From: Podarcis liolepis
Lineage: Eukaryota
DNA: 64,000 nt
Assembly (NCBI GenBank): GCA_965112155.1
Contig: OZ218102.1
Direction: 5' to 3' (one strand)
The notes below the pieces were generated by a model. That model searched no databases. It was not told the origin of the DNA and was given only the letters and a program-made list of their open reading frames with translations. Positions within the stretch are counted from its first letter, which is position 1, and the number at the start of each line of letters is the position of its first letter. A program made the position numbers and the translations under genes. Below, piece after piece: positions 50,353 through 62,501 of the stretch.

Positions 50353-50475
50353 AATAATAATAATATAGTAGTAGTAGTAGTAATTTATACCCCGTCCATC
50401 TGGCTGGGTTTCCCCAGCCATTCTGGGTGGCTTCCAACAGAATATTAAAAATAGAATCAAACATTAAAAACTGCA
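50353..50475 (-). mobile_element. L2 3' tail with compound (AAT)(TAG) microsatellite
   Basis: TTTATACCCCGTCCATCTGGCTGGGTTTCCCCAGCC is the reverse complement of the L2 tail. Confidence 0.8.
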
Positions 50476-51489
50476 GTTTGCAGTTTAGTGGATTTCCAGA
50501 CCCTAAAGGTTATCTGACAGAACAGATTGGACTGGTAAAACCTTGACTGGTTGGTCACTCTAATAATATCATTTCAAACAACAACGTGATCATAATAATT
50601 GCTTTTATGGTTGATTGCAGTGTAAATTGGGTAAACTGGTTCAAAGGAAGTGGTTTCAGGGACCATGTATGTTTGCTTATTTTGATCACTTGTACTTGAT
50701 CAGTGGTTGTTTTGTTTTTTAAAGATTGCATTTCAAAGATCCTGGACTGCATCCTGAATGGAATAAGGAACATTTACTTATTTGTTTCAAGGGTGATCCC
50801 TTTGGGAACTCTTTGCCGGGTTAGCGTAGTCTGAATGGGAATTCTTCTGAACTGGCGATGAATGCTGTTAGTATATGCCAGTGGGGGAAAATCAGCAATT
50901 AAAAATGATTAAGTAAGTTTAAATATTTATCAAGGTAATATTCATTATGCAGAATAATAATATGGTGGAAGCACTTCAGCAGATTTTAATACATTGCCAT
51001 AGTAACTTGCTCTAATGTTGAAAATAGTTGTACAAAATGCCTTTTATTGGTGCAATATTTGTAATAGGGTGCTTTGCCATTTGTTGCTTTCAACGTGGGT
51101 GTCCTTCAGGAGCAATACATGGGAACTGGAATGTGCTTCCAACAGCAGTGAAAATGGGCTCATGGAATTCATTTTTGGATGCTTCATTTGCTTTGAAGAT
51201 TAGTTTGGGTTTTTTATTTTTTTATTTTTTGCTTTACATCTTTTCTCTCTCTTTTTTCCTAAAGCATAGTACTGCAGCACTGTGATTGCAGCATAGATAT
51301 TTCTGTCTTATTGCTGGGCATTAGCCTGCCATTTCCTCTATTGCAAGGAACTGGTACAATGTCAACAAGCAGAATAAGCTTCAAGGAGCCCAACAACTCA
51401 GTCCAGATACGGAGAACATGCCCATGGAATAAATAAATTTTTTTGCATGGATCTGTTGCTGCTTTAGCAAGAGCCACATGCTAAACAGT

Positions 51490-51537
<48 letters not shown>
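51490..51537. repeat. (GT)n microsatellite
   Basis: More than 20 units. Confidence 0.97.
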
Positions 51538-51542
<5 letters not shown>

Positions 51543-52345
51543 GTTACTACAAAGCCAATCCAGAAGTCAATCCTGCATTCATAGCTGCAGTCAAATAATT
51601 AGAAATCTATCATGCAAATGAGAGAGGGAACAATGGGACTGGTTGTGTTGTTTGCATTAATTTGTCACTTTGAAATATAAATTGGTCTTGCAGTGCTGAA
51701 TCTCCTTTCTAACAAATATGTAGTGCTATCACTGGCCATTGAACTGGACCAACAAATTTGAGCTTTGCAGATTCCTTTATGAATTGACCTCATCTGCACC
51801 ACTGCACCCATCAGAAATTGACTTAATCACTAGTTTTTGCACTTCCCATATGTTCCAATGTTTGAAATGAGTGCAAATACATTTCGAAATACAAATTTTG
51901 AGAGAAGATGCTGAGCAAATGTTTTTAAATATGAATTTTCCTGCAGAATTTTTGAAGTAAAAATTCAAGGTTAATGCAGAACTGAGATGGGACGGACTGA
52001 TGGGTGAACACTTGTGAAATGGACACGGACTGGGAATAAATTGATTTGGCCACCCTTCATTGGGCCTATGTCCACAGAACCATGGCCAATGGGTTGGATC
52101 TTGCAGCATCAGGAACTAAATCTATACAGTTGGATTAACTCTGGTGAGTGGAATGCTGGTTTTGGACCAAGGTGACATGGGTTCTCACTGTGTAGTCTTC
52201 AGCAAGTCACTTCTTTAGCAAATCACCTTTGCTGTTCATTGCAGGGGTGGATGGGGGCTGAGGGTGCATAGCAATGTACACAGAGACTTTGGAGTGGGAC
52301 TTTGTTTTGCACCTGCTCCGTCCAGGGAATCATCTTGTGTAGATC

Positions 52346-52475
52346 AGGGGTAGCCAATGTGGTGCCCCCAGATGTTGCTGAACCACAATTCCCATAATTC
52401 CTGGTCATTGGCATTGCAGGCTGGGACTGATGGCAGTTGTGAGCCAAGAACATCTGAAAGACTCTAGGTTGACTA
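52346..52475. mobile_element. Old hAT-type MITE (same family as 34121)
   Basis: CAGGGGTAGCCAA start and the palindromic interior. Confidence 0.6.
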
Positions 52476-52710
52476 TGGAAGAGGAGAGAGGCAACTCAAG
52501 CAGTTGCCATTTTGGGCCACTGGCATGTATCGTTTGTAAGTTCTAGCCAAGCCATTAAGTCACTTCCATCACTCTTGTTTCCTTAAATCACAGGGCCATG
52601 GTAGCTGAAGCTCCAGTCACCTTCCAGTGTTCTCTTGTAGTCAACATGACCAATATCTTGCTGTTTTGGTCTTTCAAAAAATTACAGATAAAGGGAAATA
52701 TTCCAAACAA

Positions 52711-53040
52711 GGGACACAGGTGGCGCTGTGGATTAAACCACAGAGCCTAGGGCTTGCCAATGAGAAGGTCGGTGGTTCGAATCCCCACGACAGGGTGAGC
52801 TCCCGTTGCTGGGTCCCTGCTCCTGCCAACCTAGCAGCTCGAAAGCATGTCAAAGTGCAAGTAGATAAATAGGTACCGCTCTTGCGGGAAGGTAAACAGT
52901 GTTTCCGTGCGCTGCTCTGATTCACCAAGTGGCTTTGTCATGCTGGCCACATGACCTGGAAGCTGTACGCCGGCTCCCTCAGCCTGTAAAGCGAGATGAG
53001 CGCCGCAACCCCAGAGTCGTCTGCGACTGTACCTATTTAC
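52711..53040 (+). mobile_element. Sauria SINE
   Basis: GGGACACAGGTGGCGCTGTGG head, GGTTCGAATCCC B box, diagnostic body, tail partly lost. Confidence 0.92.
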
Positions 53041-53504
53041 GATATTGTAAAGCCATGCTGTTATCCTCATGATTAAAAGCAGGAGAATACATTCAAAACC
53101 AGCAGAGGGCCTATCAGCTGACCACTTCTCCCCTTTTCTCTACAGTAGTGAAGTGTACTCACTAACCTGTTCTTCTGCGAAAATTCCAGACGTCAGTTTG
53201 GAAGAGGAGGCAGAGGAGCTGCTCCACAGGAGTCTGGAGGAGGCCTCAATGTTTTCAGTACTTACATATTTCTGTGGGTTCTTGATATTGTTATGGGATG
53301 AAGCAGGGAATGTTTGCAAGGAACTGTGAGCTTTATCTTGATCGGAACATGGCTTTGAAATCTCTTGCACTGTTAGAACTTCAAACTGTTTCTTCTTGTT
53401 GCTGTTTTGTCCAGTGGAGTCCCAGGGCTGCTGAAGATGCTATACAACCCTGCTTGAGGTCTGTTCAGAGAGGCATGCATTTGCACACACATACACATAT
53501 AGCT

Positions 53505-53646
53505 GCCGGATAGCTCAGTTGGTAGAGCATCAGTTTATTACTCTCAGGCTCATGGGTTCAAGCCCCACGTTGGGCAAAAGATTCCTGCATTGCAGGGGGT
53601 TGGACTAGATGACCCCTGTGGTCCCTTTCCAACTCTGTGATTCTAT
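53505..53646 (+). mobile_element. tRNA-Lys-like SINE with CR1-type tail
   Basis: GCCGGATAGCTCAGTTGGTAGAGCATCAG..GGGTTCAAGCCCCACGTTGGGC followed by ATTCCTGCATTGCAGGGGGTTGGACTAGATGACC..GATTCTAT. A reverse partial copy lies at about 54975-55075. Confidence 0.8.
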
Positions 53647-55789
53647 AAAGAATCATAGAATGCTGGTTTTGAATGTATTCTTATTTCGTTTATAAATTAT
53701 ATTTGTCGCTTATGTTTTCTTGCACTGGATTGGTCAGTGCAACCACGGATGAGATCCACCATTCAGATCAGACTGAACCGGTCTACTATTGGTGAATAGT
53801 GGTTAGAATATCACTCCCTACTTCCTCTCCTTGCCTTCCTTCATATGGGCTGCCCATTGTGTTTAATCTCTACCTTTTTTTTAAACGTGGACCATTACTT
53901 ATTGAAATTGCTGTAGGAAAAATAGCATCATATATTATATAGGGAGAAAGTTACTCCCCCTTTTTTGAATGGTTTCATTGTACAGTACCTCTCAGCACGA
54001 TGGATCCAAACACATTGTAGCACAAGACAGGTTCCGTGCTGGGTAACGTGACTAATACGACACAGCCTGGTATATTATTAATTCCACATTTCACAGTATG
54101 TACGCTTCTGTTGGGAAGAGGAAATCTGTGGGCAATGCTGGGTAGATAATTAACAAGTAAAATAACATGCAAAGGGCTGTCTTAGCTCTTACCCTCCGAA
54201 GCAAACAACAGTTGTTCAGAACGCTTTTTATTTTTTTGGAGGGGAGGGAATAATGCACTTCTCCTGGCAGGCAAGTGCAAAGTTTTGCTTAAACAAAGAG
54301 GAATGTAAAAATGAATTTGGGAGCCCCGAGAATTAGATCCGTCAAGTTAGGCAAGGCCAAATTGAAAGGCATTATTTGGATATAAACAGCATGTGGAATC
54401 AGTGGCATCTGGACCATAAGAAACTCCGTGCAGTTTTGCAGCATTTTTGAGTTTGTATAGCCATATCTCTCTGGCATGGTGGGATATTACACTTTACTGA
54501 TAGCCTAAGCAAAACGGCACACACTCTTTATGATTATTTTTAGCTGTTGAGGTTTGGGCATTTGGTAAGTAGTTACGGAAATTGCCTTGCACAGCATATA
54601 GAAACGCTTGAAAATAAGCATTTGGCATGGGGAAGGAAATCCTCTGCTCTCAGTGTTTGTACATGGTGCTGTTATTTTTAATTGCTATACTAGAAAAGAT
54701 ACTCATCAAACGACAGTAATGTGTAAGGAAAAATGGGCTATGAAGATGGGCTTTAGCAGAGCTAATGAATAAGCAACAAATCTCACTTCCGTTTCCAGTT
54801 GATTGCTGGCTGTGCTCCACCAAGTTTTTCCTTGGCCTCTGCTGTCTCATTTTCTTGCCACACTTGTCTCTGTCCATTGCCTAATCCCCCTCCCTCCCAT
54901 CCTCTCTTTAATCAGCCCTTCATTCTTACATCCCTAAACTGGTCCTGCCCAAATTCCTTTGTCCTTGCTTCATGTAGAATCATAGAATCATAGAAATGGA
55001 GAGTTGGTAGGGACCACGAGGGTCATCTAGTCCAATCCCTGCAATGCAGGAATATTTCACCCAATGTGGGGCTCAGGCACCCACAAGAACTGGGTTGGAT
55101 ATCCATGTCTCGCCTCATATATCTCTGTCCTTTTCCTTTTATTCTTACACTCACTCAACAAAAGCCTATCTTTGCTATTTCCTGACATGTTCCCATTTGA
55201 AATTGTACGGGCATCTGGCAACATACATACATTCTTAATGTTTTTTTATTCTTTGTTTTTTTAAATCCAAATAATTTTTATTGGTTTTCTTGTAAATACA
55301 AGAACAACATATAACTACAGTAACTTGTCCAGTGGTACGTTCTTGAATAATGGACAGACTGCTTTCTTTGTTGATTTTGTCCCCCATTGTATGGCAAACC
55401 CCTAGATTAGGCATAGCCAACATGGTGGTTGTTGGACTCTAGGTGTTGTTGGACTCCCAACTCCCATCAGCCCCAGCCAATGATCAGAAATTATAGGAAC
55501 TGTAGTCCAAAAATAACAGTTCTTCCCTCTGCCATAGAGATAGTGCATTGCCCAAAACTGCATGTCCAATATCTTGTTGTGCTGGGTCCCGCCCCCTCCA
55601 CCCCCACCGCTTGTCTCTGCCCATAATCATTCCTGATCCTGGTTTCCCGTGTTTGATTTACACATGTCATTGCTCTTGCCCAGGGACCTCTCTCATTTTC
55701 AATATCTTCATTAGCACCTACTCTGGACTTATATAAATCCACCAAGGATGCAGAAGTGACTACACAACGAACAGTCAGGCTGGTGAAGT

Positions 55790-56010
55790 TAGGGCTGCCG
55801 TATATCCGGGATTTCCCAGACATACCCAGGATTCGCCTGTAGGAAATAGCGTCTGGGCTAAATTTTCGAAAATCGGGAAAATGTCCAGAAAAACCTGGGC
55901 ATATGGCAACCAATGTTGGAATTTCCTTCAAAATAGCTCATAAACTTTGCCAAAAAAATATCAACAACTTTTGTGTCCTGATTGTCACTTTTTGAAATAT
56001 GGCAACTGTA
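55790..56010. mobile_element. hAT (Blackjack-like) MITE
   Basis: Ends TAGGGCTGCC / GGCAACTGTA. Exact 8-bp TSD GGTGAAGT at 55782-55789 and 56011-56018. Confidence 0.85.
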
Positions 56011-56497
56011 GGTGAAGTGCCATCTTCGGGCTGGGTAGGAAGTGGAGATGAATTATATGACTTTGTTTAGTGACCTCTTCCCTTCAGAGAATTATATTCA
56101 GGTGCCTCTTCCCTATTTCTAGACAGTACTTTGACTAAATATCATTTCCAATTAAGGGGAAAGGATGCAATGATTTATTTATTACAATATCGATATCCTA
56201 CTTCACCGTTAGATGCAGCCAACAACTCACAGGAAAAAGCAACGATGGAATAAAACTTAAAGCCAATAAAGCATCTGATCTGCAACAGCAAATATCATTG
56301 AAAGGCTTTTAAAAATCAAATACCATTTAAAAGCTTTACCTGCTGTCTAAACACAAACTGGACTCTTGGCGAATGCCAAAGTGGGAAGTTGAGGTACTAG
56401 AACTTTTCATTTCTGGTCTTTGTTGCCACTCACTCCTGAAAGTGAGGCTTGGTGGCCCCTGAGTAAGCCATCCAAAGAAGATATTAGGTCCTGAAAA

Positions 56498-56751
56498 GGA
56501 TGGTGTACGGCTTGGTGATGTCACAAAAGCACTGAGCCGTGATGATCAGACAATCTGTGAAAGGAACGTTGGGATTGGTGTACTGGTGGGTGATGTCACA
56601 AAAGCACTGAGCCGTGATGATCACACAATCTGTGAAAGGAACGTTGGGATTGGTGTACTGGTGGGTGATGTCACAAAAGCACTGAGCCGTGATGATCAGA
56701 CAATCTGTGAAAGGAACATTGGGATTGGTGTACTGGTTGGTGCACTGAGCC
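56498..56751. repeat. 75-bp tandem repeat, about 3.3 copies
   Basis: TCACAAAAGC recurs at 56521, 56596 and 56671. Units differ by only 1-2 substitutions. Confidence 0.95.
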
Positions 56752-57191
56752 TCTGAGAGCAGGCAATTATCTGCTGGCTTGAGGGAGGTTTGTTTGCTGG
56801 AGAGTGGACCGCTGCTAAGCCTTATGTATGTCTTAGGCTTTGTATGGTAGGTGTAAAAATTCCCCACTTGTAGGCTTTTTTCTAGTAATAAAAATGTCTT
56901 CAGCAGCAGGTATGATAAATTTCAGTCTGTTGTGGTGATACCTCTACATTTTTTAGACATATTGGAGTCACATTAACCATACTTCATCTCCCAAACCACC
57001 TCCTTCCTCCACCAGCCTAGGTCCAAACTCACTTCACCAGCCTCTTTATAGACGGAAGTGGTCGCAGTTCTCTTGCTCTCCCCTTCCCCTCTACATTCCT
57101 CCTCTCGGTTCCCTGATATCTCAGATATATCTTTGCCCTCAAGAGCCAACGAGGACAATGTGAGAGACTTCCTTCCATCCCTTTTCATTTA

Positions 57192-57433
57192 CAGTGGTAC
57201 CTCGGGTTACAGACTCTTCAGGTTACAGACGCTTCAGGTTACAGACTCCACTAACCCAGAAATAGTACCTTGGGTTAAGAACTTTGCTTCGGGATGAGAA
57301 CAGAAATCGTGTGGCGGAGGTGTGGCGGCAGCGGGAGGCCCCATTAGCTAAAGTGGTATCTCAGGTTAAGAACAGTTTCAGGTTATGAACGGATCTTCGG
57401 AACGAATTAAGTTCTTAACCAGAGGTACCACTG
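57192..57433. mobile_element. Tigger-like (Tc1/mariner-pogo) MITE
   Basis: TA TSD. TIR CAGTGGTACCTCGGGTTA / TAACCAGAGGTACCACTG. Internal CAGGTTA(C/A/T) repeats. Confidence 0.9.
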
Positions 57434-59719
57434 TAATGATGTGTTCTTGCAGCAGTCACCTTCAGAGCATTGCCATTTCTCCAGCTCAGTCTGTAGCATA
57501 AAGGAGGGAGGGGAGTGTCGGTTTGGGGAACCAGTGAGATCTGAGTGGACAAGAGGGGATTTTTTTTTGGGGGGGGGGGACTTGAATTAAAATCCAAGAT
57601 GGAGAAGAAATTGACGTAGGTAAGGCAAGCATCATGAATGATCTCCTGCAACGTGTGCTTCTGAGCCTAAAAAATATGAACCTCTTTGACATCACTAGTT
57701 TGTGTAAAAAAATAATTTTGTTCCTTAAATTCTCAGCTGAAGTAGATTCATTGCTGGGGAAGACTATAGCTGTGTAGAAAAAGGCATTAGCTAGAAGCGT
57801 AATGCTGCAATGGAAGAATAAAACAGGTGAAATTCTCCCTGTGTAACCTTTAAATTCAGCCTAACTATTGATGCCCCATGCTCAGTTAATACAGGATGAG
57901 ATGGAACACATTTAAATAGAAGGAGAATTTGTGGTTGATATACAATACAGTGTCTGTAGAGATATAAGTAGGAGAACCATTTTAGAATATTGTAAAAAAG
58001 TGAATAAATGAAACTACCATCATTTATTCAAAAGCAATTTCTTCACTTTTTGTGCAGCACATAAAGATGTTGTCAGCAAGTTGGGATTTTTACAACATCC
58101 TTTAAACAGATCCCGAAGCTTGTTCTAGCAGTTTGAATGGTATTTTATTTTAGCACTAATATATGATATGCATTGAAATACCATAAGTCATCTTAAGCCT
58201 ATGGGGTGGGACATGGAATAAATGCATATATTTACATCAGATGTAGTGAATGTGCATAATTAAAAACCAAAAATAATATATATTTAAGAGCATTACTTGC
58301 GGTTGGCTGTGTGGCTCGTACCACCAGTATCACATTGCTTTTCAATTTTTTAGTTTAACAATGATTACATATTTTTGTCATACAAATGTCCTTACTAAGG
58401 TGCTGTCAGATTGAATGAACAGAAGTAAGCAGCCCCCTCAATATGTTTTGAAATAGCAAGACCTAATTTAGGAGACACCCCACCCACCTGTCAAAAAGGC
58501 CCAGTCTCCTGGCTAGTTCCAGTTGCCCACCCTGGTTTAGTATAATACATTGGGAAATGCCTTGTTGGAAAGAGATATCTTTTTACTATATTGCTTTGCT
58601 AGTCTGTATCACAGGGTTGTTGCATTTGTAAGCATAGCTGTATTGTTTCAGAAAAGGGTTTTTTTTTGGGGGGGGGCAGATGGTGAGTCCAAAATGCACA
58701 GTATTTTTATTAGACCAGCCAAAGTTAGCAGCAGGCTCTTGGTTTCTCCAGAGCAACTGGACAAGATATGACCCGAAATGAGAGGTGGAGCAGTGAGGAA
58801 GAACCAAAACTGAATACAGTACAAATATGACTGCAGCTTTTAGACTCTGATCCAAGATGGAGATTGCAGACTGAATCGGGCCACCGGGTCACTCTCCCCT
58901 AAGCTCATTATAATCACCACTAGATTCCCTCAACCTGTGTTCTGACTCTCTTTTTTACCCTTTGTCCCTTCTGCAATGCCTTCGCTCTTCTGTTGATCAG
59001 CGCCTTAGCATGCAGCGAGTGTAACGCGAGAGAATTTTGGTACTGCAGCGAGTGCCAACAGGAACAGGTTTTACTTTACACTTGGCAGCAGCTCCTGGCA
59101 CTGCTGCGGTGCAGATGGCAGCACATACGAGTGCGGTGCCTGAAGCAAGGACTGTCATGAGCTGCCTATAGCCTCCGGATTGCACCTTTGGCTACCCTTT
59201 TCCTTAACCAATAAAGAACTTAATGACATCCATAGGCTGCTGTTGCTGGGAATTGGTTTGCCCACTTACATGACTCAAAGGGCCTCCTTGCCACTGGCTT
59301 TAGTTAGCCCCAGTTGCGGAGTCAATAGTTTTCGGTGGTCATTGTAGCTGAACAACCGTCACACCTCTAGCTACATCACCGTGCTGCCAGACGAAATGGG
59401 GAGGCTCAATATCCAATGCCTGGCAGTGTGGATATATAAACACCCCATTCTGGCAGCTGCCTATCTGGTGCCTTTTCACACATAGCAAACTCGATGTATT
59501 AAAGAATCCTCTTTGAAGAAGAAATAATGTGTCGCTTTCTCAAAACATCTGCCTTTGTATAAACACATTGAATAACAGTGTGATCCTTTTTAACAGTTCT
59601 GCTTTAACTTTGGTGGATGGCATTGGATTTGTCCTGATTGTTAACATCTCTGGATGAGTGAAGATTTGGCAGGAGTTTAAGGCATGCAGGATATTTCTTG
59701 ATTTGCTGCTGGAACATGG

Positions 59720-60040
59720 TCAGTGGCATAGCCTGGTAGGGGCCGCGGGAGTGGTTGCCCTGGGCGCAAAATTATTAGGGGTACAAAGTTTCAATACCCA
59801 GTGTTGTCTCAATACAGATGTGTGCTTCTGTGGCTGCGCTCTGTTGAAAACGGCTTCTCCGTGCAAACCAGGAAGTAAACTCTCCAGACAACAGAATGAC
59901 TCTTTTCTTATCTTTGCAGCTGCAATCTCCGGGGTGACATGGATGCTGTTAAGCAGTTGAATGTGCATGTGTACACCATCCATTTCCCTCTGTATAACCC
60001 CCACCATGCAGCCCTGGGTTCTGGCAACCCATGCTATGTT
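59720..60040. mobile_element. Older, longer relative of the 31470 hAT MITE
   Basis: Starts CAGTGGCATAGC..CTGGGCGCAA and ends ..GGGTTCTGGCAACCCATGCTATG, similar to both ends of 31470-31638. Confidence 0.55.
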
Positions 60041-60329
60041 AGATTTGGCTCCTCTGGAGTGATAAAGTGGGGAAAGGAGCAGAGAGGGAGGGCATGGTGA
60101 ATGCAGTTTGTGGTTAGCAAGAGCCCATCTCCCTGTTGATCCAGCCAGTGAGCAAGACTGGTTGGGAAGTTTTTATAGGGCGTGACAGTCCTTCCTCCCT
60201 GCCATGGCGCAGAGGAAGTCAGTGAATGCCCCACAATTTCACTGAACTGCCCAACCACCCCCTAGGACTGCAAGTGCCACCAGTTGAGGAGCAGAGGATG
60301 GAACTGGTTGGCACCTGTGGGCTACTGAT

Positions 60330-60722
60330 GGGTGCAGGTGGCACTGTGGTCTAAACCACTGAACCTCTTGGGCTTGGCAATCGGAAGGTTGGTGGTTCGA
60401 ATCCGTGCAACGGAGCGAGCTCTCGTTGCTCTGTCCTTGCTTCTGACAACCAAGCAGTTTGGCAGAAAGAATGCCAGTGCAAGTAGATAAATAGGTACCT
60501 CTGCAGCAGGAAGGTAAATGGTGTTTCTGTGTGCTCTGGTTTCTGTCATGGTGTTCCATTGCACCAGAAGCGGTTTAGTCATGCTGGCCACATGACCTGG
60601 AAAGCTGTCTGTGGACAAACGCCAGCTCCCTCGGCCTGAAAGCGAGATGAGTGCCGCAACCCCATGGTTGCCTTTGACTGGACTTAACCATCCAGGGGTC
60701 CTTTAACTTTACCTTTACCTTT
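60330..60722 (+). mobile_element. Sauria SINE, full length
   Basis: Head, GGTTCGAATCC B box, GTGCAAGTAGATAAATAGGTACC, (ACCTTT)n tail. Confidence 0.92.
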
Positions 60723-61499
60723 AACTGCAGACCCACGGCACTGAGGAATTTCATCTCAGCCTTTCTTGCAACTAGTTATCCCAGTGCAAACCTTTCTCTT
60801 TTTTTCCGAGCTAACTTTTCCAGAACTGTATCAAGAACCTCTCCTAAGCACCAGCTTCAAAACAACTGTCAGGAGGAGGATAAATTCCATTGGCAGAGTG
60901 CCCAGGAAGAACCAGTGGATACAGAATCAAATGAAACAGCAGGATTAGAAATGCATTAAACAACTTCCAAGAAATGACTCTATCCTTATAATGATCAGAG
61001 AGTAGTGGTGGAATACCAATTCAAGATGCATATTCTGATCAGCTTTTTAAAAATCTTTTTAATATATATATATATGCAGAAATGGAGCTGGTTTAGTAAT
61101 GTCCATGAGGAGGTGTACTGCTGGAGCACAAGCGTCAGTGTAAAAAGAAAAATAAAGAGCTGTATAACTGACAACCATGTAATTTGATTATGTCGTGGCT
61201 GTGTAGTGCCATATAAAAGCATAAGATAAACACTACTTGAAAGCGGGGTGATGAGCTAGTGCTCACTTTAGACAACAACAGGAGGCTGTGAAGAAATGTA
61301 GCTGAAGGCCATTGGGGAATGTGAAGTATAGAAAGCATAAAGAATGAGTGGGCACTCGAAGTAGGAAGAAATGTTTTTAATTTTAAAATAGCCGGTTTTG
61401 CATTATGTGCAATAGAAATGCGAGAGGAAAGCACATTCTAAGGGTGCTGGAACGTACATTGGTCTCTTAAACTTGGTCCTCTCAATAAATAATCTCTAG

Positions 61500-61824
61500 T
61501 GAGGGTTAATAGAAGGAGAGGAGATATGATAGCCATATTAAATAGCTAAAGGGTTGTCACATGGAAAATGGAGCAAGCTTGTTTTCTCCTGCTGTGGACC
61601 CATACCAATGGGTTCAAGTGACAAGGAAGGAGATTCCATCAGAAAGAATGGTGAGTGGTGTTTGACAGTGGAACGAACTCCCTCAGAAGGTGGTGGGCTC
61701 TCCTTCATTGGATGTTTTTAAGGAGAGGTTGGTGGCCAACTGTCATGGATGCTTTAGCTGAGATTCCTGCATCGCAGGGGGTTGAACTTGATGACCCTTG
61801 GGGTCCCTTCTAACTCTATGATTC
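61500..61824 (+). mobile_element. CR1 LINE 3' end
   Basis: Remnants of RGDMIA..KGCH.E.GASLFS, and the 3' UTR GATTCCTGCATCGCAGGGGGTTGAACTTGATGACC..CTATGATTC. Confidence 0.8.
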
Positions 61825-62450
61825 CAGGAGGGGTGTGTTGCTGAGATGGTGGTGGTGATGATGAAGCTTCTGGTGGGGATTGCAGTTGAGACAATCACAG
61901 AGGGGCCTTCTGGCCGCCATTGCTAGAACTCATCTGATTCTAGAGTGGGGCAGAGCTGTCAAAAGGGTCTAGGCCAAGAAGAGGGGGATCTTTTTTCATA
62001 CCAGGGCTGGGCAGAACCAAAAGAAAAAGTGGATGGTGCAATGAATGTGAACAGTAAGCTATTTTCCACCCTGTGAATCCCCCATCCAGACAAGCAAAGG
62101 CATCACCAGGAGCACATGCAAAACCACTCATGAAAGGTGCAAAATAGGTCTGGTGAATGGCATGGCCTGAGCAGAGGTGGTGTGACTGAAGAATGGTGTG
62201 GCATTGGGGAGAGTCCAGAGTCATATAGAGATGCTTATGGGGCCACCTTTACCCTCTGTGCCTATGGTTCTCCACCCCTGGTCCAGGCACTTGGGAATAG
62301 ACAAAACAGATGTCCAGAAGAGCTATAGACCAAGAGAAGCAAAGGAGTCTCAGAAATTATGAATAAACATAGGCTGGCTCAGATGAGTTGTGAAGAAAGG
62401 AGACCAGATTGAGAAGAAAACTGGCAGAGTGAATGGACAGAGAGGAGAGA

Positions 62451-62451
<1 letters not shown>

Positions 62452-62501
<50 letters not shown>
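62452..62501. repeat. (TTG)n microsatellite, probably the tail of a minus-strand LINE fragment
   Basis: About 16 units, followed by TTTATATAACGCCCTATACCCGG. Confidence 0.93.

Noticed and set aside
30920-53575. tRNA-like sequences near 30920, 45488 and 53505 as tRNA genes
   Set aside because: Anticodon arms are degenerate and each runs into a LINE-derived tail, so they are SINE heads.
56498-56751. CRISPR-like array or coding repeat (127-aa ORF)
   Set aside because: No unique spacers, eukaryotic context, and the frame stays open only because 75 is divisible by 3.
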